This document shows positions 9,834 to 17,530 of a stretch of DNA of 64,000 bases, piece by piece. Position 1 is the stretch's first letter; the number at the start of each line of letters is the position of its first letter. Location of the stretch: the NCBI GenBank assembly GCA_045649925.1, contig JAZRQS010000004.1, positions 9,138 to 73,137 of the forward strand. Reading direction: 5' to 3'. Source of the stretch: Eubacteriales bacterium (GTDB taxonomy: Bacteria; Bacillota; Clostridia; Oscillospirales; CAG-272). The translations under genes and the position numbers were made by a program. The notes beneath the pieces are model-generated. The model made no database searches and was not told the DNA's origin. It worked only from the letters and a program-made list of their open reading frames with translations.

Positions 9834-9861
9834 ATTATACCATTTTTTGAATTAAAGTCAA
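9834..9861 (-). promoter_or_regulatory. sigma-A-type promoter for plsY-tsaE-tsaB-rpiB
   Basis: Minus strand reads TTGACT (9861-9856), a 16-nt spacer ending in TGg, then TATAAT (9839-9834). Confidence 0.5.
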
Positions 9862-9943
9862 TAGAAAAAAAGTAAATGTGTCCCCACACGACACTTTTTG
9901 TTATATGCGATGAAAAAATCGCGCCAAAGACAGATTTTTCGAC

Positions 9944-9972
9944 TTGAAAAAACAGCTTTTGTGTGTTAGAAT
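9944..9972 (+). promoter_or_regulatory. sigma-A-type promoter for the QueG-like gene
   Basis: TTGAAA (9944-9949), 17-nt spacer, TAGAAT (9967-9972). Confidence 0.45.
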
Positions 9973-10007
9973 TATAATACATAATCAAAGAGAGGGAGGC
10001 TTCAGAG

Positions 10008-10892
10008 GTGAACAAAATCATACAGGATTTTTTCAAAAGAGAAAAAATTGAATATTACGGAGTGCTTCCCGTAGATGAATGTCGCTTTATTCGCAAGCAC
10101 CTGCTTGACAGGGCGGAGGAGGCTCACTCCTTTTGCGCAAAAAGTGCAATCTGCTATGCTGTGCCTTATTACACCGAGGGGGAGGGCAACATCTCGCGAT
10201 ACGCCTTTTCACTAGATTATCACGCCTATATGTCCTCTCTTTCACAGAGACTTTGCGAGTTCTTGTCTTTGAACTTCGTCGGTAGCCACAGCGTCGGCTT
10301 TTGTGACCATTCTCCCGTTGACGAGGTGAGGCTCGGTGCAAAATGTGGTCTTGGAGTAGTGGGGGAAAACCGACTTCTGATTACAGAAAAATATTCTTCC
10401 TTCGTCTTTATAGGTGAGGTTTTTACAGATGTAAGCGCAGAAACGCTTGGTTATAAATCGGCAGAAGATGAAAAAGCATGCCTTTCGTGTGGCAAGTGCA
10501 AGGTCGCCTGCCCGAGCCAATCGCTTGGTGAGAGTGGCAGAGAATGTCTTTCTGCACTCACACAGAAAAAGGGAGAGCTCTCTCAAGATGAAATAAAGGC
10601 AATCGAAAAAAGTGGGTGTGCATGGGGCTGCGATGTCTGTCAGGACATATGCCCTCACACGAAAAAGGCTATATGCGACGGCACTATGGTGACGCCTGTA
10701 GAATACTTCCACGAGAAAAAAATCACACATCTTGACTGTAAAATCTTAGATGAAATGGAAGAAAAAGAATTTTCCGCTCGCGCTTATGCGTGGAGAAAAC
10801 GGGATACAATAAAAAGAAATCTCGAAATACTTGAAAAGGCGGAAAATGAAAAACAAGAAGAACTCGCAGCGGGAGAAAAACTACAAAAATAA
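10008..10892 (+). CDS. queG: QueG-like 4Fe-4S protein (epoxyqueuosine reductase family)
   Basis: 294 aa with a GTG start after a GGGAGG SD. It has two ferredoxin-type cluster motifs (CLSCGKCKVACP and CDVCQDICP) and a QueG-like core (FVFIGEVFTD). Confidence 0.6.
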   Translation: MNKIIQDFFKREKIEYYGVLPVDECRFIRKHLLDRAEEAHSFCAKSAICYAVPYYTEGEGNISRYAFSLDYHAYMSSLSQRLCEFLSLNFVGSHSVGFCDHSPVDEVRLGAKCGLGVVGENRLLITEKYSSFVFIGEVFTDVSAETLGYKSAEDEKACLSCGKCKVACPSQSLGESGRECLSALTQKKGELSQDEIKAIEKSGCAWGCDVCQDICPHTKKAICDGTMVTPVEYFHEKKITHLDCKILDEMEEKEFSARAYAWRKRDTIKRNLEILEKAENEKQEELAAGEKLQK

Positions 10893-10962
10893 GCAAAATA
10901 AAGCAAATAAATCAGAGCAGAACATAAAAGCACATCAAAACCCAAGCACGAGCGAGGTTTTG

Positions 10963-11523
10963 ATGCATAGTCAAAAAAGTTATTTTTCATACCTTTGGAA
11001 GCTGATAAAAGAGAGCAATCGCTATAAGCTATACGAAAAGGCTTGGAGATATTTTCGTCCGTTTCGTATTGCTTTTCGCATTTTGCGTTGGGTATTCATT
11101 TTGCTCACATGGATACAGGCGAGTGCATTGCTTATCGTCGCGGCGGCGCTTGCGCTTCTCGCTGCTCCTGTCGTTGCTCTTTTCGTTTTGGTCTTTTTCC
11201 TTTTCGTGCGAATAGATGCGACCCTTAAGATACGTTGTGATGGAGATGTTCTGCGAGGCAAGAGGGTAGTAGTCCTTTTTCGAAATCAGGAATTCAGCAA
11301 ATATTTCTCGGATAGCGTGTCGCTCTTGTCTCGGGATTATGTGGTGCTTGTGGTGTGCGATATGTTTGCTTGGCGATACAAAAATGCTTCTGCCGAAGAA
11401 AAACGTTTCTTTTTGAACAGGCTTGAGCTCGACGACGGAGCGTTTTTGGTCCGTGCTCACTATTTCTTTTTCTTAAAAAGCAGGGCGCTCGCTTGTGCGC
11501 AAAGGGTGTTTTTCGTGTATTGA
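10963..11523 (+). CDS. hypothetical membrane protein
   Basis: I chose the internal ATG at 10963 (GAGG SD 6 nt upstream) instead of the track start at 10831, which overlaps queG. It has a long hydrophobic stretch (ILRWVFILLTWIQASALLIVAAALALLAAPVVALFVLVFFLF). I recognise no family. Confidence 0.45.
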   Translation: MHSQKSYFSYLWKLIKESNRYKLYEKAWRYFRPFRIAFRILRWVFILLTWIQASALLIVAAALALLAAPVVALFVLVFFLFVRIDATLKIRCDGDVLRGKRVVVLFRNQEFSKYFSDSVSLLSRDYVVLVVCDMFAWRYKNASAEEKRFFLNRLELDDGAFLVRAHYFFFLKSRALACAQRVFFVY

Positions 11524-11569
11524 GTTTTCACATGCGCGATGCTCTTGCTTGATTTTTTTGTTTGTAGTA

Positions 11570-11598
11570 TTTACAAGCAAGGATAAAAATGTTATACT
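11570..11598 (+). promoter_or_regulatory. sigma-A-type promoter of the tRNA-Arg gene
   Basis: TTTACA (11570-11575), 17 nt, TATACT (11593-11598). This predicts a TSS only a few nt before the mature tRNA 5' end. Confidence 0.5.
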
Positions 11599-11607
11599 AA
11601 AGCGTAT

Positions 11608-11684
11608 CCGCCTGTAGCTCAGCTGGATAGAGTACCGGATTCCGATTCCGTTGGTCGTAGGTTCGAATCCTATCAGGCGGGCCA
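11608..11684 (+). tRNA. tRNA-Arg (anticodon CCG), CCA encoded
   Basis: Hand-folded cloverleaf. Acceptor CCGCCTG/CAGGCGG, D arm GCTC-AGCTGGATA-GAGT, anticodon stem CCGGA/TCCGT with loop TTCCGAT (anticodon CCG at 34-36), variable loop TGGTC, T arm GTAGG-TTCGAAT-CCTAT, discriminator G, then CCA. Confidence 0.9.
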
Positions 11685-11717
11685 AAGCCGACAAGACTTC
11701 GCTTGTCGGCTTTTTTG
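11685..11717 (+). terminator. rho-independent terminator after tRNA-Arg
   Basis: Perfect 11-bp stem AAGCCGACAAG / CTTGTCGGCTT, loop ACTTCG, then a T-run. Confidence 0.85.
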
Positions 11718-11779
11718 TTTCATTTCACGCTTGTGCTTTCTGCTCATGTAAACGGTGTGCGGAAAAAGTGCTATACATA

Positions 11780-11808
11780 TTGACTTTTTTCCCTGTTTAT
11801 GTTACAAT
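11780..11808 (+). promoter_or_regulatory. sigma-A-type promoter of glyA
   Basis: TTGACT (11780-11785), 17 nt, TACAAT (11803-11808). It lies inside the over-extended track ORF 11755-13083. Confidence 0.5.
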
Positions 11809-11844
11809 AGATTTGTTATAAATACAACTTTTGAGAGGTATGCT

Positions 11845-13083
11845 ATGAACTTTTTTGATGAATTGGCAAATTATGATTCAGAGGTGTTTGAGGCGTGCGA
11901 TCTTGAGCTGAAAAGACAGCAGCACAACATCGAGCTTATAGCTTCTGAAAATATCGTTTCTCGTGCAGTGCTTTTGGCAGCGGGAACAGTTCTTACAAAC
12001 AAATACGCCGAGGGTTACCCCGGCAAGAGATATTACGGTGGATGCCAGTGCGTTGACATCGTAGAGAATATTGCACGCGAGAGAGCAAAGAAGCTCTTTG
12101 GCGCAGAGCATGCGAATGTTCAGCCTCATAGTGGCGCATCTGCAAATCTTGCAGTATTCTTTGCACTCCTTAACCCCGGTGATACAGTAATGGGCCTTAA
12201 TCTTGCACATGGTGGACACCTTTCCCATGGCTCTCCTGTAAATATATCAGGTAAGTATTTCAATATTGTGCCTTACTGCGTTTCCGACGATACGGAAACT
12301 CTTGACTACGAGTCCATCAGAGCTACAGCGCTTGAGTGCAAGCCCAAGATGATCATTGCAGGCGCAAGTGCTTATTCAAGAACTATTGATTTTGCAAAGA
12401 TAAGAGAGATAGCTGATGAGGTTGGCGCATATTTCATGGTTGATATGGCTCATATAGCAGGTCTTGTAGCTGCAGGACTTCACCCCAATCCCGTACCCCA
12501 TGCGCATGTAGTTACTACCACTACACACAAGACGCTTCGCGGTCCTCGTGGTGGACTTATCCTTTGTCGTGAGGAGTTCGCAAAGCAGATAGACAAGGCA
12601 GTTTTCCCAGGCACACAGGGTGGCCCTCTTATGCACATAATCGCCGCAAAGGCAGTGGCTCTCGGCGAGGCTCTTACCGATGAGTTCAAGGAATATCAGG
12701 CGCAGATAGTTAAGAATGCAAGCGTTCTTTGCGAGGCGCTCAAGAGCGAGGGCTTCAGAGTGGTTTCTGACGGAACTGACAACCACCTTATGCTCATCGA
12801 CCTTCGCCCCTTTGGTATAACGGGTAAGGAGTTTGAGCATCGTCTTGACGAGGTTCATATTACAGTAAACAAGAACGCTATTCCCAACGACCCTGAAAGT
12901 CCCTTCGTTACAAGTGGTATCCGTGTAGGTACACCTGCTGTAACAAGCAGAGGCTTCAAGGAAGAGGAGATGCTCAAGATAGCAAAGTGGATGGGCGCTA
13001 TCGCTTCTGATTTTGAGGCAAACAAGGATAAGGTAACTCGCGAGGTTATGGAGCTTTGCGAGAAGTTCCCCATCTATTCCTAA
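11845..13083 (+). CDS. glyA: serine hydroxymethyltransferase
   Basis: Start moved to the ATG at 11845 ([11 protein letters not shown]...). Motifs: [24 protein letters not shown], and [14 protein letters not shown] containing the PLP lysine. Confidence 0.95.
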   Translation: MNFFDELANYDSEVFEACDLELKRQQHNIELIASENIVSRAVLLAAGTVLTNKYAEGYPGKRYYGGCQCVDIVENIARERAKKLFGAEHANVQPHSGASANLAVFFALLNPGDTVMGLNLAHGGHLSHGSPVNISGKYFNIVPYCVSDDTETLDYESIRATALECKPKMIIAGASAYSRTIDFAKIREIADEVGAYFMVDMAHIAGLVAAGLHPNPVPHAHVVTTTTHKTLRGPRGGLILCREEFAKQIDKAVFPGTQGGPLMHIIAAKAVALGEALTDEFKEYQAQIVKNASVLCEALKSEGFRVVSDGTDNHLMLIDLRPFGITGKEFEHRLDEVHITVNKNAIPNDPESPFVTSGIRVGTPAVTSRGFKEEEMLKIAKWMGAIASDFEANKDKVTREVMELCEKFPIYS

Positions 13084-13101
13084 TAAGTATTGATTTTTAC
13101 G

Positions 13102-13137
13102 AAATACGGCTGTCCTTTTTGGAGGATAGCCGTATTT
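13102..13137 (+). terminator. putative terminator after glyA
   Basis: AAATACGGCT (13102-13111) pairs with AGCCGTATTT (13128-13137). The U-tract is weak. Confidence 0.5.
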
Positions 13138-13182
13138 ATTCATAATATAATTATATTTAAGGAAACTTTTTTCTTTTGGCTA

Positions 13183-13211
13183 TTGACTTTTTTTGTCGTC
13201 TGTGCTATACT
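13183..13211 (+). promoter_or_regulatory. sigma-A-type promoter of the T-box operon
   Basis: TTGACT (13183-13188), a 17-nt spacer ending in TGc (extended -10), then TATACT (13206-13211). Confidence 0.6.
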
Positions 13212-13244
13212 TTGTATAGTTTTTATCAGTTGAAAACATTTAAA

Positions 13245-13499
13245 CACGATGACCAGAAACAAGTAGCGCTATTTTAAGCCTGCAGAGAGCTGTCGGACGG
13301 TGCAAGACAGAGGTGGAGAATAGATGTGAATACATTTTGCGAGTGGCGTGCCGAATTTTGAGTAGGACACGACGGGAGTGCCCGATATAGCACCAGGGTA
13401 TATATGTACCCGATGAGGTCCATACTGCGAGGCATGGATGAACTGAGGTGGTAACACGAGATCTCTCGTCCTCTGAATTAAGTTTCAGGGGCTTTTTTT
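13245..13499 (+). promoter_or_regulatory. T-box riboswitch leader, specifier UAC (Tyr), with intrinsic terminator
   Basis: Hand-folded elements:
- GA/K-turn: CAC-GAUGA (13245-52) opposite CGA-GUG (13340-45).
- AGUA (13262-65).
- AG bay AGAGAG (13284-89).
- Distal helix CUGUC/GACAG.
- Specifier loop GAA-UAC-A (13328-34).
- T-box bulge UGGUAAC (13449-55) between antiterminator helices GAGG/CCUC and ACGAG/CUCGU.
- Terminator CCUCUGAA/UUCAGGGG (13470-91) followed by U7. Confidence 0.85.
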
Positions 13500-13527
13500 A
13501 TTGCCCCAAAAGGAAGGATTTTAAATT

Positions 13528-15165
13528 ATGCCAATTACCGAAATTTTGCAAAAGAATGCGGATTTTTACCCCAACGACATAAGTCTTGTGGAAATAAATC
13601 CTCAGCTTGAAAATCATCAGAGATTGACTTGGAGAGAGTATTCCTTGATAGAGTCAAATCCCAATGAGGCATATCGTAAGGAGCTCACTTGGGGGGATTT
13701 CAACAAGCAGGCAAACAGATTTGCAAATCTGCTTTTGACACGAGGAATTAAAAAGGGTGACAAGGTAGCCATTTTGCTTATGAACTGCATTGACTGGCTT
13801 CCTATATACTTTGGTATCTTGAAGACGGGAGCTATGGCAGTACCCCTCAACTACCGTTATACATCAGATGAGATCAAGTATTGTCTTGATCTTTCCGACT
13901 CGGATTTCATTATCTTTGGCCCTGAATTTACAGGACGTATAGAGCAGATATTCTCACGTGTAAAGCGTATAAAGACGTGGCTCTATCTCGGAGATGACTG
14001 TCCGACCTTTGCAGAAAGCTATGAGAGCTTGATCTCATACTGCTCCTCAAAGAGCCCCAAGATAAAATTGACAGACGACGATGATGCGGCTATATATTTC
14101 TCGTCGGGAACTACAGGCTTCCCCAAGGCGATAATACATAAGCACAGGAGTCTTGTTCACGCCGCTATGACGGAGCAGACCCACCACTCACAGACAAAGG
14201 ACGATAACTTCCTCTGCATTCCTCCTCTCTATCATACAGGAGCAAAAATGCACTGGTTTGGTAGCTTCCTTGTCGGTGGAAAGGCGGTTATCCTCAAGGG
14301 TATAAAGCCCGAGTGGATACTTGAAACTGCCGCAAGAGAGCAGTGTAGCATAGTATGGCTGCTCGTTCCGTGGGCGCAGGATATACTCGACTCTCTCGAC
14401 AGAGGAGATCTCAAACTCTCCGACTATGACCTTTCAAAGTGGAGATTGATGCATATAGGCGCACAGCCTGTACCTCCGAGCCTTATAAAGCGCTGGAAAA
14501 AGTATTTCCCCCATCATCAGTATGACACAAACTACGGACTTTCCGAGTCTATAGGCCCTGGCTGTGTGCATCTTGGCGTCGAGAACATACACAAGGTAGG
14601 CGCTATAGGTAAGGCAGGCTTTGGCTGGCAGACAAAGATAATAGACGAAAACGGAAATATAGTCGAGCGTGGCGAGGTCGGTGAGCTCGCAGTAAAGGGA
14701 CCTGGCGTTATGACCGCTTACTACAAGGACGAGCGCGCTACTGCCGAGGTTTTACATGACGGATGGCTTCACACAGGTGATATGGCGCAGGAAGACGCAG
14801 ACGGATTTATCTTCCTTGTTGACAGAAAGAAGGATGTTATCATTTCTGGTGGTGAAAACCTTTATCCTGTACAGATAGAGGACTTTATCCGCAAAAACGA
14901 TAAGGTCAGCGATGTAGCCGTTATCGGCTTGCCCGATGCAAGACTTGGCGAGATAGCCGCGGCTATCGTTCAGGTAAAGGATGGAATGACCTTGACACAG
15001 GAGGAGCTTGACGACTTCTTCCTTGAATTGCCGAGATATAAGAGACCGAGAAAGGTCATCTTTGCAGACGTGCCGAGAAACCCCACAGGAAAGATAGAAA
15101 AGCCCAAGCTTCGCCAGATTTATTGTGGCGAGAGCGTTGTCGCACAGCAAAACGAAATTAAGTAA
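13528..15165 (+). CDS. ANL-superfamily acyl-CoA synthetase (AMP-forming), substrate unknown
   Basis: 545 aa. AMP-binding motifs YFSSGTTGFPKA, YGLSE, the GWLHTGD hinge, and C-terminal PRNPTGKIEK. AAGGAAGGA SD upstream. Confidence 0.85.
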   Translation: MPITEILQKNADFYPNDISLVEINPQLENHQRLTWREYSLIESNPNEAYRKELTWGDFNKQANRFANLLLTRGIKKGDKVAILLMNCIDWLPIYFGILKTGAMAVPLNYRYTSDEIKYCLDLSDSDFIIFGPEFTGRIEQIFSRVKRIKTWLYLGDDCPTFAESYESLISYCSSKSPKIKLTDDDDAAIYFSSGTTGFPKAIIHKHRSLVHAAMTEQTHHSQTKDDNFLCIPPLYHTGAKMHWFGSFLVGGKAVILKGIKPEWILETAAREQCSIVWLLVPWAQDILDSLDRGDLKLSDYDLSKWRLMHIGAQPVPPSLIKRWKKYFPHHQYDTNYGLSESIGPGCVHLGVENIHKVGAIGKAGFGWQTKIIDENGNIVERGEVGELAVKGPGVMTAYYKDERATAEVLHDGWLHTGDMAQEDADGFIFLVDRKKDVIISGGENLYPVQIEDFIRKNDKVSDVAVIGLPDARLGEIAAAIVQVKDGMTLTQEELDDFFLELPRYKRPRKVIFADVPRNPTGKIEKPKLRQIYCGESVVAQQNEIK

Positions 15166-15185
15166 TCCTTGAAAGGAATTCAAAT

Positions 15186-16928
15186 ATGAAAAAACTCATG
15201 CTTGGAAATGAGGCAGTTGCCAGAGGAGCATACGAGGCAGGCGTTAATGTAGTCGCCTCTTACCCTGGAACACCCTCTACAGAAATTACCGAAAATATTG
15301 TTAAGTACGATGAGATATATGCTGAATGGTCGCCTAATGAGAAGGTGGCGGCAGAGGTCGCTATAGGTGCGTCTATCGGTGGCGCGAGAAGTATGTCCTG
15401 CATGAAGCACGTAGGTCTTAACGTAATGGCAGACCCCATATTTACAGTAAGCTATACAGGCGTAAACGGCGGACTTGTTTTCTGCGTTGCAGATGACCCC
15501 GGAATGCACTCGTCCCAGAACGAGCAGGATTCCCGTCACTATGCAGAGGCATCTAAGATAACGATGCTTGAGCCCTCGGATTCCGAGGAGTGCAAGGAAT
15601 ACACTCGCATGGCGTTTGACATAAGCGAGCGCTTTGACACGCCTGTATTCATTCGCTTGTCTACAAGAGTATCTCACTCACAGAGCTTGGTAGAGCTTGG
15701 CGAAAGAGCAAATATAGAGCTTAAGCCCTACGAGAAAAACGTGCAGAAGTACGTTATGATGCCTGCTATGGCAGTCAAGAGACACGTAGTGGTAGAGGAC
15801 AGAATGAAGGCGCTCGAGGAGTTTGCAAACACATCTGACCTCAACGTTGAGGAGATCAACGACGGATGTGAAATAGGTGTTATCACATCGGGAATTTCCT
15901 ATATGTATGCAAAAGAAGCTCTTGGAAACGAGGTAAGCTACCTCAAGCTCGGAATGGTATATCCGCTCCCCTCGGAGAAGATAAAGGCATTTGCCGCAAA
16001 GATGAAGAGGGTAGTTGTAATCGAGGAGCTTGATCCTTTTATAGAAAATGCATGTCGTGCAATGGGACTTGCAGTAGAGGGCAAGAGCCACTTCACTCTG
16101 CTCGGCGAATACACTCCCGCTATGATAAAAAAAGCAGTTTTGGACGAGGATGCTCCCGAGTTTGACGCTCCCAAGGAAGACATTCCGGTACGTCCTCCTG
16201 TAATGTGCGCGGGCTGTCCTCACAGAGCGACATTCTATGTGCTCAAGAAGCTCGGACTTGTAGTTTCGGGCGATATCGGATGCTACACGCTCGGCGCTGT
16301 CGCTCCTCTTGCGAGTGTTGACACCACCATATGCATGGGCGCTTCTGTAAGTGCGGCACATGGTATGGCAAAGGCGCGTGGCGCAGAGTTCAACAAGAAG
16401 CTCGTTTCCGTTATAGGCGACTCCACGTTTATACATTCAGGTATCACAGGTCTTATCGACATCGTGTATAACAAGGGCGCAAACACAGTAATTATCCTTG
16501 ATAACTCTATCACAGGTATGACAGGCCATCAGGAAAACCCCACAACAGGCTATACTATCAGAGGTGAAGAAACTCGTGCAGTAGACCTTTTGGCTCTTTG
16601 TCGAGCAGTCGGTATAGACAACGTAGTTGTTGCAGATCCCTTCGACCTTGACAACTTCGAGAAGATAGTGAAAGAGGAAACAAACAGAGCAGAGCCCTCC
16701 GTCATTATCGCACAGCGTCCCTGCGCACTTCTCAAGCGAGTTAAGTACACAGGCCATTGCTCGATCGACAGTGAAAAGTGCAAGAAGTGTAAGAAGTGCA
16801 TGAAGCTCGGATGCCCTGCAATTTCAGTAATTGACGGCGCTGTAAAGATAGATTTGACACAGTGCAACGGATGCGGACTTTGTATAAACGTATGCCCGTT
16901 CGATGCTATAGAAAAGAAGGAGGACTGA
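15186..16928 (+). CDS. iorA: indolepyruvate:ferredoxin oxidoreductase alpha subunit
   Basis: 580 aa. The start MLGNEAVARGAYEAGV...ASYPGTPSTEI is typical of IorA. It has a TPP-binding region (GDSTFIHSG) and two C-terminal ferredoxin motifs (CKKCKKCMKLGCPA, CNGCGLCINVCP). Confidence 0.9.
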   Translation: MKKLMLGNEAVARGAYEAGVNVVASYPGTPSTEITENIVKYDEIYAEWSPNEKVAAEVAIGASIGGARSMSCMKHVGLNVMADPIFTVSYTGVNGGLVFCVADDPGMHSSQNEQDSRHYAEASKITMLEPSDSEECKEYTRMAFDISERFDTPVFIRLSTRVSHSQSLVELGERANIELKPYEKNVQKYVMMPAMAVKRHVVVEDRMKALEEFANTSDLNVEEINDGCEIGVITSGISYMYAKEALGNEVSYLKLGMVYPLPSEKIKAFAAKMKRVVVIEELDPFIENACRAMGLAVEGKSHFTLLGEYTPAMIKKAVLDEDAPEFDAPKEDIPVRPPVMCAGCPHRATFYVLKKLGLVVSGDIGCYTLGAVAPLASVDTTICMGASVSAAHGMAKARGAEFNKKLVSVIGDSTFIHSGITGLIDIVYNKGANTVIILDNSITGMTGHQENPTTGYTIRGEETRAVDLLALCRAVGIDNVVVADPFDLDNFEKIVKEETNRAEPSVIIAQRPCALLKRVKYTGHCSIDSEKCKKCKKCMKLGCPAISVIDGAVKIDLTQCNGCGLCINVCPFDAIEKKED

Positions 16929-16931
16929 CAA

Positions 16932-17498
16932 ATGAACAAGAACGTAATGATAGTCGGCGTAGGCGGTCAGGGAACACTCCTTGCATCGAGAATACTCGGA
17001 AATGCTGTAATCAGTCAGGGACACGATGTAAAGGTCTCTGAGGTTCACGGAATGAGCCAGAGAGGTGGAAGCGTTGTTACATACGTAAAATACGGTGACA
17101 AGGTATATTCACCTATTATTGATAAGGGTGAGGCTGACATTATTCTCGCGTTTGAGTTGCTTGAGGCTTACAGAGCGCTCCCTTACTTGAAAAAGGGTGG
17201 AATAATGATCATCAACGACAGAGAAATTTCTCCTATGCCTGTAATTACAGGAGCGATGAAATATCCCGAAAAAATTAAAGAGAAAATAGCAGAAAAGGCA
17301 AACATCGTTACCCTTGACGCTCTTGAGATTGCAATAAAGGCAGGAAATTTCAAGGCAGTAAACGTAGTTTTAATCGGTGTAATGGCAAAGAATACGGACA
17401 TTCCTTACGATGTGTGGGTAGAAACAATAAAGAGCACAGTGCCCTCGAAGTTCTTGGATGTAAACCTTGCCGCATTTGATATGGGTTATAATTATTAA
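16932..17498 (+). CDS. iorB: indolepyruvate:ferredoxin oxidoreductase beta subunit
   Basis: 188 aa. The start VMIVGVGGQGTLLASRILG and SEVHGMSQRGGSV are typical of IorB (gamma-type 2-oxoacid oxidoreductase domain). It starts 3 nt after iorA. Confidence 0.9.
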   Translation: MNKNVMIVGVGGQGTLLASRILGNAVISQGHDVKVSEVHGMSQRGGSVVTYVKYGDKVYSPIIDKGEADIILAFELLEAYRALPYLKKGGIMIINDREISPMPVITGAMKYPEKIKEKIAEKANIVTLDALEIAIKAGNFKAVNVVLIGVMAKNTDIPYDVWVETIKSTVPSKFLDVNLAAFDMGYNY

Positions 17499-17530
17499 GC
17501 TTAACATTTGATTTTTAAGAGGTAACTAAA

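Noticed and set aside
10831-10962. Lys/Asn-rich 44-codon N-terminal extension (MKRRKMKNKKNSQREKNYKNKQNK...) of the hypothetical membrane protein. It was considered as a possible separate basic peptide or an overlapping gene.
   Set aside because: It overlaps the queG-like 3' end in another frame, where the A-rich sequence (encoding ENEKQEE) explains the composition. The ATG at 10963 has a proper SD.
12376-13143. 255-aa minus-strand ORF overlapping glyA.
   Set aside because: It is antisense to glyA and runs through the glyA terminator. It has no motifs.
13334-13339. Alternative specifier readings in the T-box (UUU/UUG Phe/Leu from the AUUUUG just after UAC).
   Set aside because: Helix 13266-73 / 13319-27 and the GAA-NNN-A register shared with glyQS place UAC as the specifier followed by the conserved purine. 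The U-run belongs to the strand leading into the K-turn.
15180-16436. Minus-strand ORFs of 165 and 252 aa inside iorA.
   Set aside because: Antisense shadow ORFs. iorA is supported by TPP and ferredoxin motifs on the plus strand.
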